Shown: piece by piece, positions 37,001 to 43,915 of the stretch | Position numbering within the stretch: the stretch's first letter is position 1 | Layout of the letters: each line of letters starts with the position of its first letter | NCBI GenBank assembly: GCA_002269645.1 | Contig: NIVC01004397.1 | Coordinates: 1-47,273 of the forward strand | Reading direction: 5' to 3' | DNA: 47,273 nucleotides | DNA from: Macrostomum lignano | Lineage: Eukaryota | Program-made: the position numbers and the translations under genes | The notes under the pieces: model-generated | Seen by the model: the letters and a program-made list of their open reading frames with translations, nothing else | What the model was told of the DNA's origin: nothing | Databases searched by the model: none

Positions 37001-40000
37001 TACTAGCGCCCCTGGTGCTGGCGCCCCTGGTGCTGGCGCCCCTGGTGCTGGCGCCCCTGGTGCTGGCGCCCCTGGTGCTGGCGCCCCTGGTGCTGGCGCC
37101 CCTGGTGCTGGCGCCCCTGGTGCTGGCGCCCCTGGTGCTGGCGCCCCTGGTGCTGGCGCCCCTGGTGCTGGCGCCCCTGGTGCTGGCGCCCCTGGTGCTG
37201 GCGCCCCTGGTGCTGGCGCCCCTGGTGCTGGCGCCCCTGGTGCTGGCGCCCCTGGTGCTGGCGCCCCTGGTGCTGGCGCCCCTGGTGCTGGCGCCCCTGG
37301 TGCTGGCGCCCCTGGTGCTGGCGCCCCTGGTGCTGGCGCCCCTGGTGCTGGCGCCCCTGGTGCTAAAGCCCCTGGTGCTAAAGCCCCTGGTGCTAAAGCC
37401 CCTGGTGCTGGCGCCCCTGGTGCTAAAGCCCCTGGTGCTAAAGCCCCTGGTGCTAAAGCCCCTGGTGCTGGCGCCCCTGGTGCTAAAGCCCCTGGTGCTA
37501 AAGCCCCTGGTGCTAAAGCCCCTGGTGCTAAAGCCCCTGGTGCTAAAGCCCCTGGTGCTAAAGCCCCTGTTGCTAAAGCTCCTGGTGCTAAAGCCTCTGC
37601 TGGCGCTGGCACCAACCTTTTAAATACCTCAGGCGGCAGTTGACTGACAACAAAGTATTATATAATCATGCATTAGTAAAATTTAGGTCAGAAAAAATAA
37701 GTTTATAAAACCCTTAATCACTTTTTGTAGCGTATTGACTACTACTAAAACGATTTTCTAAATACACTTAGCGTCAAGTTCAGCTTACTTGGAATTGGAC
37801 TGATTAGCAGCCATCCAGGAGGCGTACACCGCCGCCTTATCCGAGCTCGTCGTGTTGGCGCCTTTCGGCGTGAAATCGTTCGCCTGATGGCCGTCGGAGT
37901 TGCCGCAGAGGCCGCACGGTTCAATGCCGGCCAGCTGGGGGGAGATCACGGTTGCCAGGTAGCGGCGCATGTCGTAGGAGACTTCCAAGCCGTAGTCCGT
38001 AGTGATTACGATGTCGTTCCACATGTAGGTGATGGCCACAGAGCTGTTCGGATGGCCGGCCAAATTGCCAGAGTAGGTGTTGAGGCTGGGCGTGATGGGC
38101 ATTCCATTTACCTGGAATAATTAATTGTTTGTGAAGAAGGTTAGTATTTTGTCTCTAGGGCTGTTCGCCAGATTCTATCCCAAAGGCACAGAGTGAGTAC
38201 AGGCCCTACGATAAGAAATGAAGTGCCGCTGTACACCATGTGCAAGTGTATGCCTGATTTTAAGCATCCGTGTGCGCTTATGCGTCTTCAGGTGTCAGCG
38301 AAATGGGCACGTCTTGTTTCCTCCTCACTGACTGCGGGTCGACTATCAGTTGGAAAAGCTCCCCGCGAACAATCAAGCTATTTAGTTGTCAAGCAGTTAC
38401 TATGCCATTACGAAACTGTGACATCTTGTCCGGAAGCACGAGAATTTCCCGTAGGAGATTAGGCCGCAGTGCAAATCCCCCTCAATGCTTAATTAAGTCT
38501 TAATAAAGAGATTTACCTGATCAAAACTTTTTGATGGTAACTGTATATCAAATGCATACCTGTGGGTTTTGATTTTTATATAGATGCAGGGCTACATCAG
38601 TGAGCTAATAATTAATTCATATGCCATGCTGCTTTGTCCCCTAAATCTCTTATTAAAGACTTACTTAGCATTAGGGGCGGGGGTAATGCAGACAAAATCT
38701 GCCGTATGATTAAATGCACTGCAGGAGAAAAGAATTGCGGGCAAATTGCACTGCCGCAAATCTCGACGGGCAATTCGTCTGCGGGCAATTCTCATGGACT
38801 CATCTTGTCCTGTGTCCTTGCGTTGCAGCACTGGTTGCATTTTTACTACTAAGCAATAAAACACAGGTTTTGAAACGGTTCTTGATTTTGTTATTTTCAG
38901 GTGTGGAGTTCTGCATGGAATGCTAAGTGGTCTAACACCTGTAAAGAGTTGCCGTTGCACTCACTGTAACTCCGTGCTCATTGTGCGCCATGATGGTGAG
39001 GTCGTACACCCGAACAAGAACGCCGGCAACAAAGACTTTGGCACCGCCGATCAGATCTTGTTGAATATCGACGCTGAAGGCGTACTTGCTTCCAGCGGTG
39101 GCGTTGCAGTTGGCGGCCAGCTGGAAGTCGCAGCGCGAGCCGCCAACCTGATGCGCTCCGTCGAAGGTTACCACGTGGACGTTGCCGAATGCGCTGCAGG
39201 CGGCTCCGGTGCGACAGTTGAAGCCGTCGCCAAAGTAGCCGGTTTTGCACTGGCATTTGTAACTTCCGGGCGTGTTGATGCACTGGGCGTTCGGGTCGCA
39301 ATTGTGCAGCTTCAGGGCGCACTCGTCGATGTCTGGAAATGAGTCAATTACAGGATGCTCAGCTACCTTAAGACATGATCTTTTAAACAACTTTTCAGTC
39401 ACTCTGTTATCTATTTAAAGATGCCGGACCTCTATAAATGGCGAAATTGATAACTTGTTGGGCTAGTCGACTAGAAACGCCGAGACATCCAATCCGTCGA
39501 AGTAATCATCCCGTGTTTTTTAATTCAAACTCAACGCTGGTGCTTAAGTTGGTAAATAATATTTATATAATACAATCTGAGGACTTCTAAGATGTCTTCA
39601 GTTTTAAGTTATTGCATACATGCTATTATTTGACATCACTTACCAGCTGGGCAGAGGTACGACACTTCGTAGTCGCTGCAACCGGCGGCTTTGTTCTGCG
39701 ACTTGTCGCACACGATGCCCTCTCGAGAGCAGGGGGTGGAGAAGTTCTGGCCAGTGGCTGAGGCTGACAGGCCGGTGCCGGCTACTCGGCATTTCCAGTC
39801 GATTGGAGAGTTGCAGATTTCACTGCATACCTACAATGGGACGGTATGGATCAGTGTGTCTGTCCGTCTGTGCTGTGTCTGTCCGTCTGTGCTGTGTCTG
39901 TCCGTCTGTGTTAGTGTCTGTCCGTCTGTGCTGTGTCTGTCCGTCTGTGCTGTGTCTGTCCGTCTGTGTTAGTGTCTGTCCGTCTGTGTTAGTGTCTGTC

Positions 40001-42563
40001 CGTCTGTGCTGTGTCTGTCCGTCTGTGCTGTGTCTGTCCGTCTGTGTTAGTGTCTGTCCGTCTGTGTTAGTGTCTGTCCGTCTGTGCTGTGTCTGTCCGT
40101 CTGTGTTAGTGTCTGTCCGTCTGTGCTGTGTCTGTCTGTCCGTCTGTGTTAGTGTCTGTCCGTCTGTGCTGTGTCTGTCCGTCTGTGTTAGTGTCTGTCC
40201 GTCTGTGCTGTGTCTGTCTGTCCGTCTGTGCTAGTGTCTGTCCCTCTGTGTTAGTTTCTGTCCGTCTGTGCTAGTGGCTGTCCCTCAGTGTTAGTGTCTG
40301 TCCGTCTGTGCTGTGTCTGTCCGTCTGTGCTAGTTTCTGTCCGTCTGTGCTAGTGGCTGTCCCTCTGTGCTAGTGTCTGTCCGTCTGTGCTAGTGTCTGT
40401 CCGTCTGTGCTAGTGGCTGTCCCTCTGTGCTAGTGTCTGTCCCTCTGTGCTAGTTTCTGTCCGTCTGTGCTAGTGTCTGTCCCTCTGTGCTAGTGTCTGT
40501 CCCTCTGTGCTAGTGTCTGTCCGTCTGTGCTAGTGTCTGTCCGTCTGTGCTGTGTCTGTCCGTCTGTGCTAGTGTCTGTCCATCTGTGCTGTGTCTGTCC
40601 GTCTGTGCTAGTGTCTGTCCCTCTGTGCTAGTTTCTGTCCGTCTGTGCTAGTGTCTGTCCGTCCGTGTGTGCTAGTTTCTGTCCGTCCGTCTGTGCTAGT
40701 GTCTGTCCGTCCGTCTGTGTTAGTGTCTGTCCGTCTGTGTTAGTGTCTGTCCGTCTGTGCTGTGTCTGTCCGTCTGTGCTAGTGTCTGTCCCTCTGTGCT
40801 AGTGTCTGTCCGTCTGTGCTGTGTCTGTCCCTCTGTGCTAGTGTCTGTCTGTCTGTGTTAGTGTCTGTCCGTCTGTGCTAGTGTCTGTCCCTCTGTGCTA
40901 GTGGCTGTCCCTCTGTGTTAGTGTCTGTCCGTCTGTGCTAGTGGCTGTCCCTCTGTGCTAGTGTCTGTCCGTCTGTCTGTGTTAGTGTCTGTCCCTGTGC
41001 TAGTGTCTGTCCGTCTGTGCTAGTGTCTGTCCCTCTGTGCTAGTTTCTGTCCCTCTGTGCTAGTGTCTGTCCCTCTGTGCTAGTGTCTGTCCCTCTGTGC
41101 TAGTGTCTGTCCGTCTGTGCTGTGTCTGTCCCTCTGTGCTAGTGTCTGTCCCTCTGTGCTAGTGTCTGTCCGTCTGTGCTAGTGTCTGTCCGTCTGTGTT
41201 AGTGTCTGTCCGTCCGTCTGTGCTAGTGTCTGTCCGTCCATCTGTGCTAGTTTCTGTCCGTCTGTGCTAGTGTCTGTCCGTCCGTGTTAGTGTCTGTCCC
41301 TCTGTGCTGTGTCTGTCCGTCTGTGCTAGTTTCTGTCCCTCTGTGCTAGTGGCTGTCCCTCTGTGTTAGTGTCTGTCCGTCTGTGCTGTGTCTGTCCCTC
41401 TGTGCTAGTGTCTGTCCGTCTGTGCTGTGTCTGTCCCTCTGTGCTAGTGTCTGTCTGTCTGTGTTAGTGTCTGTCCGTCTGTGCTAGTGTCTGTCCCTCT
41501 GTGCTAGTGGCTGTCCCTCTGTGTTAGTGTCTGTCCGTCTGTGCTAGTGGCTGTCCCTCTGTGCTAGTGTCTGTCCGTCTGTCTGTGTTAGTGTCTGTCC
41601 CTGTGCTAGTGTCTGTCCCTCTGTGCTAGTTTCTGTCCCTCTGTGCTAGTGTCTGTCCCTCTGTGCTAGTGTCTGTCCGTCTGTGCTATTGTCTGTCCGT
41701 CTGTCTGTGTTAGTGTCTGTCCCTCTGTGCTAGTGTCTGTCCGTCTGTTTTAGTGTCTTCCGTCGTTGCTAGTGTCTGTCCGTCTGTGTTACTTTCTGTC
41801 CCTGTGCTGTGTCTGTCCCTCTGTGCTAGTTTCTGTCCGTCTGTGTTAGTGTCTGTCCCTCTGTGCTAGTGTCTGTCCGTCTGTTTTAGTGTCTTCCGTC
41901 GTTGCTAGTGTCTGTCCGTCTGTGTTACTTTCTGTCCCTGTGCTGTGTCTGTCCCTCTGTGCTAGTTTCTGTCCGTCTGTTTTAGTGTCTGTCCTTCTGT
42001 GCTAGTGTCTGTCCGTCCGTTTTAGTGTCTGTCCCTCTGTGCTAGTGTCTGTCCCTCTGTGCTAGTGTCTGTCCGTCTGTGCTAGTGTCTGTCCGTGTGT
42101 CTTAGTGTCTGTCCGTCTGTGGGAGTGCCCTTTGTCTTTATGAGTGTCCTTCGTCTTTATGAGTGTCTGTCCGTCTGTGATGGTGTCTGTCCGTCTGTGA
42201 TGGTGTCTGTCCGTCTGTGATGGTGTAGTTTCGTCTGTGCTAGTGTTTGTCCGTGTGTCTTAGTGTCTGTCCGTTTGTGTGAGAGTCCTTCGTCTGTATG
42301 AGTGGCTGTCCGTCTGTGATGGTGCCCGTCCGTCTGTGTGAGTGTCTGTCTGTCTGTTTAGTATCTGTTTCTCTGTGCCTGTCAGTTTATCCATCTGTCT
42401 ATTCCAGCGTGTCTGTCTTTAGCAGGAGATTACCAAACAACCAAAAGGCCCAAGCTTACCACTCGAGCAAAGTTGATGTTCTCATTGTCACCATCGCTTG
42501 GGTCCCTGTCCGAGTTGCAGTAGGCGGTCCATTTTGATTTTGGCGCAATCAAGTCACGCGCAC
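708..42563 (-). CDS. Giant multi-exon secreted/extracellular mosaic protein (WxxW, 2x VWD-C8-TIL, 3x CTLD, 7x Caspr-type fibrinogen-like module, about 65 EGF/cbEGF); partial at both ends; 3 frameshifts as assembled
   Basis: Exons traced 5'->3', each with AG/GT boundaries: 42563-42460, 39830-39644, 39332-38965, 38111-37789, 36817-36540, 36184-35755, 35299-34884, 34377-33795, 33463-33222, 32268-31876, 30809-30699, 30604-30482, 29669-29154, 28786-28687, 28080-27592, 26761-26317, 25848-25324, 25190-25017, 24707-24466, 24309-24075, 23790-23272, 22724-22513, 22429-21977, 21788-21358, 21258-20436, 20355-20230, 20116-19606, 19434-19220, 19034-18854, 18701-18121, 18014-17597, 17314-16925, 16329-16102, 14524-14396, 13536-13208, 12360-12083, 11782-11004, 10566-9814, 7834-7715, 7612-7414, 6720-6414, 5785-5316, 4082-3724, 3324-3196, 2819-2316, 1614-1434, 1151-708. 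Phases join at every junction except 29154/28786 (frameshift). The last EGF is incomplete at a GTAAGC donor (707), so the gene probably continues leftwards. Confidence 0.93.
1841..1951. repeat. Intronic 16-bp tandem repeat (actcaacctcacctgt), about 7 copies
   Basis: Direct reading. Confidence 0.9.
2881..3122. repeat. Intronic minisatellite, about 51-bp unit, about 4.7 copies
   Basis: cagggttcgaggatgtgctcagtgctcattgggatcccctagagcggtcag repeated. Confidence 0.95.
3356..3702. repeat. (CAGA)n microsatellite filling most of a 399-bp intron
   Basis: Direct reading. It explains the QTDR/SVCL pseudo-ORFs. Confidence 0.98.
4128..5200. repeat. Intronic minisatellite, about 27-32-bp variant units (aaatctcacaatctcattactcacacctcact)
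   Basis: Direct reading. Confidence 0.97.
5870..6330. repeat. Intronic about 26-bp repeat (gatctcatctcatctcaactcatcta) with degenerate flanks
   Basis: Direct reading. Confidence 0.92.
6796..7380. repeat. 18-bp CT-rich repeat (ctaatctactctctcccc) nested in an approximately 231-bp direct duplication
   Basis: tctactgtctctcactcc... starts at both 6796 and 7027. Confidence 0.9.
7915..9630. repeat. 41-bp minisatellite, about 41 copies; A/B alternating at the left, homogeneous to the right
   Basis: A = gaagtactcaagcctggtgaaggactaacgtgtgacattat; B = gaagtactcaagcctggtgaagtataaaactatggcattat. Confidence 0.98.
11873..12022. repeat. 21-bp tandem repeat (aacctactgattctgtagaca), about 7 copies
   Basis: Direct reading. 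Confidence 0.95.
12553..12849 (-). mobile_element. tRNA-derived SINE with conserved central domain (Meta/V/Deu-type)
   Basis: The minus strand begins GGGGTCCTAGCTAGTAGTGGTTAGAGC...GGGAGTTCGATTCTCGACC (Pol III A- and B-box, stem TTCAA/TTGAA). It continues TGTGTCCTTGAGCAAGACACTTAACTCTGCATTGCTTCAGTTCACCCGGCTGTAAAATGGG and has an AATAAAAAA tail at about 12553-12561. Confidence 0.85.
13087..13158. repeat. 72-bp exact copy of 12037-12108 (exon end plus donor) in the upstream intron
   Basis: atgaagcctacctgtctatagg...aggtccacgca is identical at a 1050-bp offset. Confidence 0.95.
13795..13942 (-). mobile_element. Short tRNA-derived SINE-like element
   Basis: Minus strand GGCCGTAGCTCAGTGATCTAGC (A-box-like) ... 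GGCTCGATTCC (B-box-like), with an A-rich AAATAAAG end. No intact cloverleaf. Confidence 0.55.
14690..16072. repeat. About 33-35-bp minisatellite with a 138-bp four-monomer higher-order period
   Basis: gggaatt(c/a)tcccacaatttaaac + tacagagagatg / catagagagacg / tatagagacg / cttagagagacg cycling. The ctacag variant recurs at 14836, 14974 and 15112. Confidence 0.97.
16445..16770. repeat. About 32-bp degenerate minisatellite (ctcagctactgagtgacggagctcccaggtgg)
   Basis: Direct reading. Confidence 0.9.
19220..20654 (-). CDS. Domain block: second VWD - C8 - TIL unit
   Basis: [27 protein letters not shown] ... [11 protein letters not shown] ... [15 protein letters not shown] (VWD); [11 protein letters not shown] ... 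SCVYDTC ... LCQ ... VC ... WRRADFC (C8); [18 protein letters not shown] ... [26 protein letters not shown] (TIL). Confidence 0.92.
21070..29380 (-). CDS. Domain block: seven tandem Caspr/CNTNAP-type fibrinogen-like cysteine-rich modules
   Basis: Each module follows P-x-T/D-C ... IDPD-x-x-G-x-L-x-P-F-x-x-x-C ... S-x-x-C-x-Q-x-x-x-Y-x-C ... W-G ... C-x-C-G ... C-N-C-D ... D-x-G ... K-x-x-LP-V/I ... L-x-C. Module starts: [56 protein letters not shown]. The family assignment comes from recalled motif similarity, not an HMM run. Confidence 0.8.
22817..23231 (+). mobile_element. 5'-truncated non-LTR retrotransposon 3' end, copy B, with 10-bp target-site duplication; LOA/R1-like C-terminal Cys/His motif
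   Basis: Encodes [45 protein letters not shown], the C-terminal zinc-knuckle pattern of LINE ORF2 proteins. Flanked by aagtacagta at 22807-22816 and 23232-23241. The clade is inferred from the motif only. Confidence 0.9.
25987..26190. repeat. 79-bp tandem repeat, about 2.6 copies
   Basis: Units start at 25987, 26066 and 26145. Confidence 0.95.
26840..27165. repeat. 11-bp tandem repeat (atcagggtatc)
   Basis: Direct reading. Confidence 0.95.
28335..28639 (+). mobile_element. Highly diverged relative of the same LINE 3' end, copy C
   Basis: Remnant [20 protein letters not shown] aligns by eye with [22 protein letters not shown]. Shares the 3' terminus cctgcagctaagtcaagt with copy B. Confidence 0.65.
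29381..30809 (-). CDS. Domain block: four EGF/cbEGF repeats
   Basis: [37 protein letters not shown]; [41 protein letters not shown]; two more at the start of exon 29669. Confidence 0.9.
31010..31735. repeat. 34-bp minisatellite (aaactaaacctcagtcaactcttacaacctactc), about 21 copies
   Basis: Direct reading. Confidence 0.97.
31876..34377 (-). CDS. Domain block: three tandem C-type lectin-like domains
   Basis: [15 protein letters not shown] ... [15 protein letters not shown] ... FWTG; [14 protein letters not shown] ... [11 protein letters not shown] ... HWIGL ... FRWWDGS ... [11 protein letters not shown]; [13 protein letters not shown] ... [19 protein letters not shown] ... WAVCE. Confidence 0.92.
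32564..32780. repeat. 87-bp tandem repeat, about 2.5 copies
   Basis: cttactgctctc... starts at 32564, 32651 and 32738. Confidence 0.92.
34884..39332 (-). CDS. Domain block: EGF - first VWD - degenerate C8 - TIL - EGFs
   Basis: [14 protein letters not shown] ... CDFQL ... [11 protein letters not shown] ... [16 protein letters not shown] (VWD); [10 protein letters not shown] ... DACHSDM ... LCQLTTAFY (C8-like, several Cys lost); [19 protein letters not shown] ... [22 protein letters not shown] (TIL); cbEGFs in 35299-34884. Confidence 0.88.
35465..35632. repeat. 12-bp tandem repeat (ggacgtggagac)
   Basis: Direct reading. It explains the ETDV/SPRP/STSV pseudo-ORFs. Confidence 0.95.
36992..37610. 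repeat. 15-bp GC-rich tandem repeat (gcgcccctggtgctg / aagcccctggtgcta), about 41 copies
   Basis: Direct reading. It lies in the intron between the VWD1 and C8 exons. Confidence 0.97.
39644..42563 (-). CDS. Domain block: WxxW (Mucin2_WxxW-like) domain split over two exons
   Basis: Joining 42563-42460 to 39830-39644 (phase 0) gives [45 protein letters not shown] ... [35 protein letters not shown]. This fits the W..D.P.g..E ... C..P..CR ... GQ ... C ... G..C ... C.DYEV.x.C pattern of mucin/CILP WxxW domains. Confidence 0.85.
39850..42420. repeat. About 18-20-bp satellite (gtgtctgtccgtctgtgcta) filling a 2.6-kb intron
   Basis: Direct reading. It runs almost from donor 42459 to acceptor 39831. 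Confidence 0.98.
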
Positions 42564-42599
42564 CTGTACAATGAAAATAATAAAAATGTGTGACAGTAA

Positions 42600-43104
42600 G
42601 TGCGTGAAGGCTATGACATAGGACCATGCAGTGTACTGATCTAGCGCAAAGTGGGCCATGGGAGAATATTGGAGGCTGGGAATTTTGCTCAGCGAGCCAC
42701 TCAGCGATTGCAAGATCCAGTCGAAGTCCATCGGAAGCAGAACGGAGCCTGAAATTTGAAACCGGGGTGTTCAACTTAGGAGCCGAAAATTTCCTCGTCA
42801 CTGTCTGCATGGTGAATTAAGTTGGTTGAGACACTGGCGCAGAAGTTATAATGCTGGAGAGGATTGGTAGCAGAAGGTTGCGCAGGATAAAATCCCTAAC
42901 TTTTGACGTGTCCCGCCCACCTCCGCTGCTGACTCGCCGGCCCTCGCTCCCAGATTGCATGCTGAGCTCAGCAACTTGCAGCTCAGGCAGAATCCACCGT
43001 CTTAGCTGCACGTGTTGCACCGTCTTTAATCCTAACTGATCCTCGACTGCGTTCTCCCGTGCACCTGTTGCAGCTGAGTATTTTGCCTTTCAAGGATTTC
43101 TCCT
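42600..43104 (-). CDS. Possible further upstream exons of the giant gene (structure unresolved)
   Basis: Several AG/GT pairs and open frames (e.g. SVLLPMDFDWILQSLSGSLSKIPSLQY; MQSGSEGRRVSSGGGRDTSKVRDFILRNLLLPILSSII). I could not build a phase-consistent path with strong donors to the 42563 acceptor. Confidence 0.3.
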
Positions 43105-43249
43105 CTATAAGAAACATCGACTCCTAAGCGGATTAGACAGAATGAAAGAAGTAGAAGATTAATCAACTGCTGTGCTACCGAGTGCAGAATAGGCTTTAAA
43201 GTCTGATTGGTATGCCAAGAACGGCGCCACTGTCGCCGGGTCCGCAACT

Positions 43250-43900
43250 ACGCAATTTTTTCTTTTTTCTATTTTTGTTAGGATAAATCCTCGCGCTAAG
43301 AAAAGAATTGTAAATTGATTTAGCGAGATTAATAATAACGTTTGAGTAGAGGAAAATTGAATCCCAAAAAAGTTTTTCCTTAAGATTTTCGCAAATGCAC
43401 CTTGACATTCTGGCATACTTTTTGAGTGTGTGCACTTTAGAATGAAATGTGTTTGGCAGGTTTTTTTGGTCTTTCAGAAGATGACGGCCTCAATTTATCA
43501 GTTGTCGGCATTTAATTTGGGACTGGTTTGGGATTTGACTTTGCATCGAATACTACTGACACAGCTACAGTTAAGTAATGAGTTATCATATTTTGACTGA
43601 TGCAAATTAGAAAGATTTCTACCCTTGCGCGGCCATTATAGCTTGTACTGCAGAGTAAATGCACAATGCTCGTCAGTAGTAAGCAAAATGAACAGTGTGT
43701 CGAGATGAAATTCCTTCACTTTATATTTTTTAATATTTCAATTCTTCTTAGCGCGAGTGCCTGCTCACAAAAATGAAGATCTCTCAATGAACGCGCACAC
43801 TTTGTGCAAGAAGAGCTAGATGCATACAGATGGTAACAAACTGTACAAAAGACTAGGCAAAGCATCGAAAAGCAGACACACACAAACTGCATTCCCACTT
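43250..43900. promoter_or_regulatory. Candidate shared intergenic/promoter region between the divergent giant gene (-) and TAL gene (+)
   Basis: Position only: the two genes point away from each other across less than 1.4 kb. No TSS data. Confidence 0.3.
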
Positions 43901-43915
43901 GATTTGGTTTCACAG

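Noticed and set aside
695-39342. Plus-strand Ala/Val-rich ORFs (e.g. 695-1162, 9899-10570, 11092-11727, 38920-39342) and alternate-frame minus ORFs
   Set aside because: They are antisense or frame shadows of GC-rich cysteine-rich exons and have no independent protein features.
39620-40234. ORFs running into the 20-bp satellite
   Set aside because: Satellite translation. The real exon (39830-39644) is on the minus strand.
708-42563. Identity with Macrostomum adhesive proteins Mlig-ap1 or Mlig-ap2
   Set aside because: No Lys/Arg-rich core, vWA or TSP1 repeats are seen in the window. Only shared domain types, not the same architecture.
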